Shown: one piece after another, positions 1 through 8,624 of the stretch
Layout of the letters: each line of letters starts with the position of its first letter
How positions within the stretch are numbered: the first letter of the stretch is position 1
NCBI GenBank assembly: GCA_029717555.1
Contig: JAMDHS010000108.1
Span: forward strand, 44,091-64,090
Reading direction: 5' to 3'
DNA length: 20,000 bases
From: Peribolospora baueri
Lineage: Eukaryota
The notes under the pieces: generated by a model
Database searches by the model: none
Seen by the model: the letters and a program-made list of their open reading frames with translations, nothing else
Told to the model about the DNA's origin: nothing
Program-made: the position numbers and the translations under genes

Positions 1-67
1 CAGCGCGGCGCTCGGTTGATCACTCGACCAGGTTGAGCTACCTAGCTGCCGGTGAGGCACAACGTAC

Positions 68-325
68 TTGCGCACGGCCTTCGGTGTCCAAATTGCACGA
101 TCGCAAGAGTAAAGTGGAAGGCATGGCATGCTCACCATCAGCCCACTCATCGTCCCCGCGAGGTCGCTTGCGCCCACTGCCGTGCTGCTGCTGCTGCTGC
201 ACTGGGGGCGGAGCGACGACGCCGACTGCCTCGGCCGCGGTGGGGGGTGGTGGGGGGACGTAGTCGTAATAGCGGCGGTCGGGAGGGTAGTGATGCTGAG
301 GAGGTTGCGGGGCGTGAGCCGACAT
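68..325 (-). CDS. First coding exon of an unidentified gene (Pro/Gln/His-rich N-terminus, RKRPR basic motif); gene continues beyond the left edge
   Basis: ATG at 325 gives MSAHAPQPPQHHYPPDRRYYDYVPPPPP...QQQQQHGSGRKRPRGDDEW...; canonical donor CAA|GTACGT at 68/67. The exon end (PSTLLLRSCN) weakly resembles the start of an RRM, which I cannot verify. Confidence 0.55.
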
Positions 326-833
326 GACTAGTTGGTGAGAGCCGACTGGCGAGATAACGCGGATGGGGGGCTGATCGGCGGCAGGGATGAGCGCGGAGGG
401 CAGTGACTGCAGGGATAAAGCAGAGAGGCGGAGGCAAGAAAAGAAATGTGTATGGAAGGGAGAGCGGGCTAGCCCGACGAGGAGGACGAAGGATGAGAGA
501 CGAGGAGAGACAAAAAGCCGCCCAGCGAGCTGTCGAGGGGCGATGGTCGTCGTCGGTCGATGCTCGTCGTGTGTCTGCGCCGGTCCATATGACCGTCACC
601 CCGACCGGCGTTTGTGCGCGACAATCGAGGCCGCCCGACCTACGTGCCGCAGCCGGCGCTAAGCGGAGGAACGCGCCCGTCCCCGTTCCGCATCGCGTCC
701 TTTCGCCGCAGTCAGCGGTGCGTGCGAACTAGGCAGCGACCCTCCCGGTGGGTCGTCCGTTGCCGCCGATCAGCAAGACGTCCTTCGTCCACCCCGTCTT
801 CTGGTCTCTCCTCCCTCCGCGCACTCATCTCAC

Positions 834-1718
834 ATGTTCCGCACAACGCTCCGACGACTCGCCGCCTCTGCCTCCTCTGGAGCGCGCGCCGCTTCCGCCG
901 CTGGCCCCTCCGTCTCCCGTCCCGTCAAGGAGACGACGGGCATCACCGGCGTCGACGTCCACCCGGACCCGCTCCCGGCACTGCGCCAGCACTATAACAA
1001 CACGCTCTCCCTTCTCTCCAACATGCCCGAGTCCTCCATCTACCGCCAGGCCGCAGAGGCGCTTACTCGCCATCGTCTCCAGGTGGTGGAGAAGGCAGAG
1101 GGCGACTGGAAGAAGGTGGAGGAGGAGCTTGACGCGGGCCAGATTGAGGAGGTCCTCCTTCAAGCCAAGGATGAGGAAGGATTGGCCGCTAAAATGCTCG
1201 ATTGGAAGGCGTGAGTGATCCATTTTTTGCTGTCTTGTGGTCTTACTATATTTCTCCGTCTGCGTCGGCTCGGTACACGGTCTCGCTAGTGGTCTGAGGT
1301 AAAGCATTCTCAGGCCTCGGTGGAAGCGAGATTACCCCAAGGCACACATGGCATTAGGTCGGGCATGTGCTGTGACGGGGCCGCGTTTGTTGTTGAAGGG
1401 TGTACATGGGAAGGGTGTACATGCCCATGAACGAGCTAACCCTCCGCAATACGGGCACAGCTGGGAGAGAAGGGTTTGGCGTGTGTCCGGAGACCCTTGG
1501 CATCTCTCTTGCTAGGCTCTCAATATCGAGCACTTGCCCAACTTATTCCAGTCCTCAGTTTCGCTAACCTATCTGACATCCTTTCTTCCCATATGTCAAT
1601 TCCCTTTTTACCGTACTACCCTGCTCCGATTCCCCTCGACGATCGCTTATCAAGATGGGAGCCTCTTGAGCATCAGCCGGCACCCGGTCAATGGTCCTAC
1701 TTCGACAAGGCCGAGTGA
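834..1718 (+). CDS. NDUFA5: NADH:ubiquinone oxidoreductase subunit A5 (B13), mitochondrial complex I accessory subunit; exons 834-1210 and 1655-1718, 146 aa
   Basis: Family-typical KETTGITGVDVHPDP...LY/HY...MPESSIYRQAAEALT...GQIEEVLLQAKDE...KMLDWKAWEPL...PAPGQW. Arg/Ala/Ser-rich N-terminal presequence. Donor GC|GTGAGT at 1210/1211 and acceptor AAG|A at 1654/1655 join in frame and restore the conserved C-terminus. Confidence 0.93.
1395..1423. repeat. Exact 14-bp direct repeat GAAGGGTGTACATG x2 (period 15) inside the NDUFA5 intron
   Basis: Copies read directly at 1395-1408 and 1410-1423. Confidence 0.9.
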
Positions 1719-2059
1719 TAGCACGCATGTGGGTGGCGGTAGGAGAGTTTGTAAGGCGATGAAATGGGGGGCGCGGTCAGGGTGAAAGGAATGAAAGGAT
1801 GTCCTACTTGGGGTGGAGCGGAAGCTCGCGTATGCGGCGCACATCATCACTTGTCATCTACGCCACGACAATACATTAGACATTCGCACCGGCCCAGCTG
1901 TGGATATCGGTCGCCCTAAGGCACGTGCATACGGACATTGCAACCCCGCACGTTACTCATTTCCCCACTCCAGACTTCCCATTCTTAAGTAACAGGCGGC
2001 CATGCTCGCAAGCCTGGATGATAGCATATATGAGCTGATGACCGAGCCGATCAGGTGTA

Positions 2060-3586
2060 CTAGGCCACGTCGGAGTAGGCGGGCGGCGACGGCAACCCTC
2101 CCTCTTTCTCGACGGCATCCGTTCCTGCCATTGTCGGAGCCAATGGGGAAGTTGGCGGGTCGGGGATAAAGAAAGGGAGGGTAATCCTTCGCGATGAGAA
2201 ATGGACGTCCACGCCGGCATCAATGTCAGCGAACGTTCCCAATTCATCCTCCTCCCGGCACAGGGTTCGAATTGACAGCAACTCACCTTTCCTCCCACTC
2301 CGTTTCGCTCACCCTGCCCTCCCCATCCTCCCCTCCGCTACTATCGCCTCGTCTCAACACCCGCACGATGATACACCAGCTCTCCTCGCTCCCCATCACC
2401 TCCCCCGTTCGCCAGTGTGCTTTCCCTTTTATGTTCCCGTCTGCCTTCGTGGTCGTCGGCTCCGACGGGGGAGGAGAAGATGAAGGAAGTGGGGCCTTGC
2501 ATCTCGTCGCTGCTACGCTCGGGAAAGGGATAGGCAGGGCGAAGGAGAAGGGGAGGAGGCGGCTATGGCCTTTTGGAAGAGTTCGGGAGAAGCGAGCGCA
2601 GGAAGATGTGGGAGGGGAGGAAGCGGCACGGTCGACCTCTCCTTCTTCTCCGTGTCTGTCCTCATCCGGCGATAGCAGCGGCGAGGGCGGACGACCGTCT
2701 TCTTCGAGATCGCATTGAAGCCCTCGTTCGCGTCTACCTCGCCGTCCACGCGCGCGTTCCTTGTACAGAGTCATGTCCTCCTTGGCCAGCACGACCTGAC
2801 GACGGACGCGGGGGGCTGCCGCGCCCCAATAGCTCGCTGCTGGATAGTAGAGCGTTCTGGGCAGAGGTTTTTGCATCCAGGAGTGAACATCCGAGTGCAT
2901 CTGCGCCCAGCCGGGCAAGGAAAGGAGACGGGAAGTCGAGAGCCTGCGCGATCAACTCACTCCTCCCTCACGCCCAGCAACGACGCTGCTACGTGAATGA
3001 CGCCGGACATCTGCGTATCCGGGACGACTACCACGCCTTGTACTTCAAGGATCACAGCGTCCCCGTACGCGCCTCCTTCGTGGGGAACCGCAGAAGTCGA
3101 AACTTGTCCAAGGCAGATGGTAATGCGTCTGGTCACCGTGTTGGTCTGTGCCTTGACAGTCGGAGCCACTTTGCTTTTGCCCTTGTGCTTCGAAAGTCCG
3201 AATACGGTGCGCAGCGTGATCTTCGATGACGACGGCGATGGCAGAGCGCCAGTTGACTTGACCAGGCTGTGGTTCGTCCCAGCGCCACGGTCGAGACGGT
3301 GAGACCCGCAGGCTGACGAAGACGGCCCAGCAATGGAAGAGGAGAGGTCCGTACGGCCCTGATACGAGTGCTGCAAACTGTTCAAAACGTTGTGGGAGAT
3401 CATGACGGAAGGGAAGGCCTTAGCTGTGAGCACTATCAGCTCCAAGTAAAGGCGACCGGGGTTGAAGGAAGGACTGCGAGGAGAGGAGCGAGCTGTTGGC
3501 GTTCCATGGAGAGTGTGGCTGGAACCAAAAGGAAGAGGACTGCGTGCAAAAGGGCCCCCAGGTCCAAAGTCGTTCAAGCCGGTCAT
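2060..3586 (-). CDS. Divergent alpha-arrestin-like protein (arrestin N-domain-like fold, C-terminal PPxY); probable exons 3586-2972, 2900-2287, 2186-2060; 5' end uncertain
   Basis: Beta-strand pattern ITICL...GAYGDAVILEVQGVVVV...IHVAASLLG|MHSDVHSW and motif LPKGHSRLLPFSFALP...LPSS resemble arrestin_N signatures; protein ends ...ERITLPFFIPDPP...PSPPAYSDVA*. Introns 2971-2901 (GTGAGG..CAG, phase 0) and 2286-2187 (GTGAGT..GCTGAC..AAG, phase 2) keep the frame. Confidence 0.55.
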
Positions 3587-4320
3587 CCAGATCAGCCAGA
3601 TAATGGAGCGGGCAAGTATTTGTCGTTTCTCTCTTCCCGAGCGCGGACGGCTACCTGACCGGCGCGAGCGATGTAGGAGAGGTCCGGCGCGGCACGTACA
3701 AGCCCGGCGAGCCGGAAGGAGATGTCAATGGCCGCGGACATCAAGATGCCACCCATTAGCACTCCACTGTTGTCTCCGGGACGACGATGGATGAGCGTAC
3801 GGTGACTCGGGCTGGCGACATCGCGACCATTCGGCCGTACAAGAAGCCGCGGACCTATGGTCACCGGTGAGACGAGGACACGATGCGCAAAGGTGCTGAA
3901 CGTCGAGAAGCACGTCTGCAGAGGTGCAAGTCCATTTGTCATGCCCGGGAAAACCGAACACGCTCGAAGGAGAGAGCGAGGCGAACGAAGGCAAGGAAGG
4001 GCAAGGAGAGGCAAGTCCGCCCCAAAGGGGAAGTTCAGAATCGATACCGTACGATCGCCACCGGCCTCCGGTTCACGGGATAGCCGACCGGCCGGACCTT
4101 TCCGCGGCGGGGCGAGATCGTCTCACGACCCCGACCCGGAGCTCTGGAAGACTTATGTAAGTAAACGTGGATGTCCTCATGTCATTATCACAATACATTC
4201 CCGTCCGGAGGAGACCTGGTATACGATCGACGGACACACAGCAAAGGAGGAAAGGAAATCGATGGCTGACTGAGGCGTACATCGCCGGCCTCATGACGAT
4301 CGTCCAAACGTGCGACCCGC

Positions 4321-7300
4321 TCACTCCCTCTCGTCCACACGGTCCTGCCGGAAGGCCTTGGTGATCGCGCCTTCCTGCTGCTGCCACGCGTAGCCATTGG
4401 TGGCGAACAGGCGAGACGTGAGGAAGGGCCGGACGTCGTAGATCTCCAAGTCTTTGGCCTGTGAGAGACAGACAAGTTCAAGAAGAGACGATGAGCTCAA
4501 CGGCCGAAATGGCCCACACCGCTACGTGCATATGCGTCACGGACGGGACGGTGCGCCGCGACACTGACCCTGCCTTCTAGTTCCGTGACGGGAACCTTGA
4601 CCTGATCCGGCTGTACGTGATGCCGGATCTGGTGGTAGCGAACCTTGTCCTTGACGATCTGTCCGAGGAGGAAAGCGAGCAGTTCCTCCCGATCTTGCGC
4701 CCGGTGGATGTACTTTCGGAAGCCCTGGGAGCCGTCGAGCGAGGACCGTTCGCGATGACGTGAGTAACTTGTTCCCACCGGCACGCATACAGCAACTTCG
4801 CCACTCACCCTCTCCAGAGTCTTTTTGATGCTCATCTTCTGTGCGCTGATGAAACTCTCGATAGTCGAGCCGATGGCGCGGTCGATGTCGTCGCTCCGCA
4901 CGTACTCGCGCAGGTGCATCTTGGCGCTCGCCTCGGCCATGCGGATCATGCTCTCCAGGTGACGGACCGTGATGGGGTAAGAGCCCGTGCTGAGAGACTC
5001 ACGCCGAAGGTCGGCGTATAGCCGAGAAATACGGTCTTGGTCCATCTGGTGGAGCTTCGGACGGACCTTTTCGCGTGCATACATGATGTATTTGCGGAGC
5101 AGGTCTTGTGGGATGATCTGCGGAGAGGCAAACTAGCTGTCAGGGCCATCGGTCTGCAAGCTTCACACCTTCTAGTAGCGTCCGGCACACTCACATCTGC
5201 GTCCAGAGAGGTCCCCACATTGATCTCGTCCTGCGAGCTCTCGAACGTAGGGTGACTTCTGAGATGGCTACCCACGACGAAGCGAGCCAGCATCTCGTCC
5301 ATCACCGGGTCAACCGTGTCCTTGACCACACAAAGCACGTCGAAACGCGACAGGATTGGCTCGGTGAGTTCGACGTTCTGACTGAACGGAACAGTCGGGT
5401 TGTACCGGCCTCGGATCGGGTTGGCAGCTGCGATGATCGCGCATCGAGCTTGCAGCGTCGTGACGATTCCGGCCTTGGATATGGATATGGATTGCTGTTC
5501 CATTGCCTCGTGGATGGACGTTCTAACGTTCCGAAGGGACAAAAGTGGGTGAGCGACCAAGGTTCGCGTCCTCTGCCATCAGAACAGCGCTCACCTATCG
5601 GCGTCGTTCATCTTGTCGAACTCGTCAATAAGGCACGTTCCCTTGTCAGCCAGAACAAGAGCGCCGCCTTCGAGGGTCCACTCGCGAGTGACAGGGTCCT
5701 TCCGGACGCTAGCCGTGAGACCGACGGCGCTAGCACCTTGGCCGGTCGTAAAGACAGCCCGGTGCGCGGTCTTCTCGACATACTTGAGGAACTGCGACTT
5801 GGCGGTACCTGGATCACCGAGGAGAAGGACGTTGATGTCACCCCTGATCCTGTGCTTCCTGTTGATGTCTTTGGGTACGCCTCCAAAAAGAGACAATGCG
5901 ATCGCCGTCTTGATATCTTCGTGTCCGTAGATCGATGGGGCCATGGACTTGATGATCCGCTTGCCGATCCGCTCGTCGCGGGACAGCGATCGGATGGTTT
6001 TTTCGTCCTCTTCCGTGAGACGGAAGGAGGCGAACAGGTCCTCCTTCTTGTTGATGTGGTTCGCTTCGATGACCGTCGCAAAGACGGGAAACCCGTTTTT
6101 GGTATTCAGAGACGCGTCGAAATTGTTGCGGTACACGCCGGTCACCTCCTGTACTCAACGGAGGGGAAACATTGCGGAGATGATCAGTCTCGTCCCCGTC
6201 TGGCGCATATGATAAACGAACGTCAGAACCCACGATCTCCTCTCCTGGCTTTGCACTGTCGATCAGATCCCACAGCAGGATCACCTCCCGGTGTCGTGGG
6301 AGACGACCGGGAGGCACCGAACCCGGTGATTCCTGGAGTGTGAGCTTCTGGTAGTTGCGATAGATGGTCTGATGAGATGAAGGATGGAATGGACACGCGT
6401 CTGATGTCAGTCAGCCTTGATGCACCTAAGCGGGAAGGGCTTCGCTAAAGTAACGGGACCGACCTGCTCCGAGTTGACTCTGAACGGTCCTTTGCTCTCG
6501 CAATTGATGCAGTTGGACACTTTTACCTCGTTCCTCGTGTCTTGGTAGAACGGACCGAGGGTCATACCACACTTGACGCAGTCGAATTTGACGTATTTGA
6601 GCTGGGGGAACACGCCGCTTCTCCTCGTCACCACTCCGCTAACGCGGACCAAGCAGTTCAGGTGGCTTTGACGCAGGTCGCGGAGAGTGTAGCTGGTCGG
6701 CAGCGAGGTGATGCGCACGTGAATCTCGGAGTGGATCCGCTCGTATTGAGGATAGTACAGAAGGATCGCGTCGAGAGCGACGTCGTCGAAGATGCGCAGC
6801 ATGGCGGCAGGACAGTTGCCTAGGAAATAGGCGAGGATGGCCTTTGAGTCCGCCAGGTGCAGGTAGGAGATTTCCAGAGACTCCGAGTTCTCTGGATTAA
6901 GTAATTTCCCAGAACGTCAAGGTGTCAACATCTATGTGAATCTACTCAACGTCACTTTGAAACCGTCCAAGTCCACCGAAGCCTACTTACGTTCACCAAG
7001 AGCTTTGATCCTTTGACCGTAGACGCTAGTGCCATGCTCGTCAACATAGGTCATGAGAAAGTGCTTGAACTCGTGACGAATGGATCTGTCGACGCTCTCC
7101 TGACTGATCCACGCCTCGAGGCTGTCTGCTTTAATATCAGCTAACTGCTCGATGGGCAAGATCTATGGTGAAAATAAGAAGCAGGGACGGGAAGATGGCA
7201 AGGTCTTTCAGCGTCTCCTTAAAGGAAGCGTGCAGCTCAAGCCTCATCCACACTCACATCAACGCCATCTTCCTCGTCTTCATAAGTCTCGTCGTACTGC

Positions 7301-8016
7301 TTTCTCCTTCTCCGACGCATGCCCAGTCCGCCTAGCCCGTCCTCGTCGTCGTCGTCGTCGCTCTGCAGGAAGGCGGGCGCTCTGCTCCTCCTGCCTCGAC
7401 GGCCACCATTCGTAGACAGGCCGCGCTGCTCCAACCGGTCTCGGCGTGCCATCTTGAGGTCTGCGAGCCGGCGGGTGGCCAGGTCCATGGCTGAATACTC
7501 GGTCTCGTCATCCAGGTTACCAGCGTCGTAGGTATCAAGGCGGAGGTTTTCAGCGTAATCACTAAGAGATAGGAAGGGAGGAAGAGGGAAGAAGACGGAC
7601 GTGTGATGGCCACGTCAGGTCAGAGACGCTCGGAGAGGGGCTCACAGAGCAAAGCACGTCCGAGACTCACTTCATCATGTCCTCTCCAAACAGATCCTCT
7701 CCCTCATCGTCTTCCCCTTCTTCCAGATCGCCGACTTCGTCATCAATGACGTCGTCCGGGTCCTCAAAGTCCGAGAACGGCGCAGGCGGGGATGAGGGAG
7801 GGAGAGACGAGGGCGGGAGAGACGAGGGCGGACCGGACGGCCCTGGGGTGCCGCCTCTGGAAGAACCAGCGTCGGAGGAGGCTCTTCCCCGCGAAGTAGA
7901 GCGACGACGCTTGCGGTCGTCACGAGAACGGTCCTGCGATCATGAGAGGGCGCATGGACGTGTGAGCGATGGGCATCTCTTCATCAAGAAACGCCTGAGG
8001 GAGGCTAGTTCACCAT
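4321..8016 (-). CDS. MCM2: DNA replication licensing factor Mcm2; 11 exons (8016-8014, 7933-7671, 7561-7258, 7162-6991, 6891-6464, 6368-6234, 6148-5595, 5522-5195, 5117-4809, 4724-4569, 4458-4321), about 929 aa
   Basis: Walker [13 protein letters not shown], Walker [10 protein letters not shown], arginine finger ILSRFD, zinc finger CVKC...CINC, Mcm2-specific acidic histone-binding N-terminus ([13 protein letters not shown]...LDTYD) and RGDINVLL. All 10 introns are GT-AG and phase-consistent; total 2790 nt. Confidence 0.97.
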
Positions 8017-8210
8017 GGCTCAACCGTTGGAAGACAAGAACAGGTCGGTGGTGGACTCTGCTCGCGCGTACTAATCTTGAAGTGGGCCGGGAGCGAGGGC
8101 GAGGGAGCGGACAGGACAGAGTGGTGGAGTTTGGTGATGGAGGTGGAGTTGACGGGAGCCAAACTCGGAGAGGGGGCTCGCATCTGCATGCAGAGGCGCG
8201 GGCACGGCTC

Positions 8211-8244
8211 TTCGCGCGGATCCTTCCACGCGACGCGTACGCGT
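8211..8244. promoter_or_regulatory. Cluster of MCB (MluI cell-cycle box) elements about 200-230 bp upstream of the MCM2 ATG
   Basis: ACGCGA 8228-8233, ACGCGT 8233-8238, ACGCGT 8239-8244, plus TTCGCGCG 8211-8218. MCBs are established MBF-binding G1/S elements of fungal replication genes. Confidence 0.72.
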
Positions 8245-8624
8245 TAATGACCGCGCAAAGCGCGCCGCAGCATCCTCCGAGGCTAAATTAAGTCACGTCG
8301 GTTCCCCAGCAAGCAAGCAGGTCGAGAGCGAAAATGGATAACTATCGACGAGAACACTTGGACACTGCTTGGGAGCGACAACTAGAAGAAACAAAAGATG
8401 CAAGGAAGGACAGCAATACGAAAGCGAAAAAAAAACGCTGGACCAGGAGCACGAGAAGGAAAGCGAGTATGGACGAGACTGAGCGGAACGGAGCGGATGG
8501 ACGACCTGAGCACGAGAAGGAATTGCTAAGGGTATCCAGAGGAGGTAACCGGCGGACGGTATGAGGTAGTGGCTAGACGACTCCAGAGATATCCCGAGAG
8601 GAGCGGAAGCCTCCAAACAGCTTG

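Noticed and set aside
1436..1443. CTAACCCT, which looks like a telomerase RNA template for TTAGGG, inside the structured NDUFA5 intron
   Set aside because: It coincides with the branch-point consensus CTAAC, is only 8 nt, and I see no downstream U-rich pseudoknot/triple helix or CR4/5-like element.
3592..4014. 140-aa minus-strand ORF as a possible upstream exon of the arrestin-like gene
   Set aside because: The only donor I noticed (CAG|GTAGCC) is weak and out of phase with the acceptor near 3540; cannot be supported without transcripts.
5252..6343. 363-aa plus-strand ORF
   Set aside because: Antisense shadow of MCM2 exons, expected from GC-rich codon bias; no recognisable motifs.
7790..7835. 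Tandem 15-bp repeat GGGAGAGACGAGGGC in MCM2
   Set aside because: Encodes [16 protein letters not shown] in the low-complexity Mcm2 N-terminus; explained by the protein.
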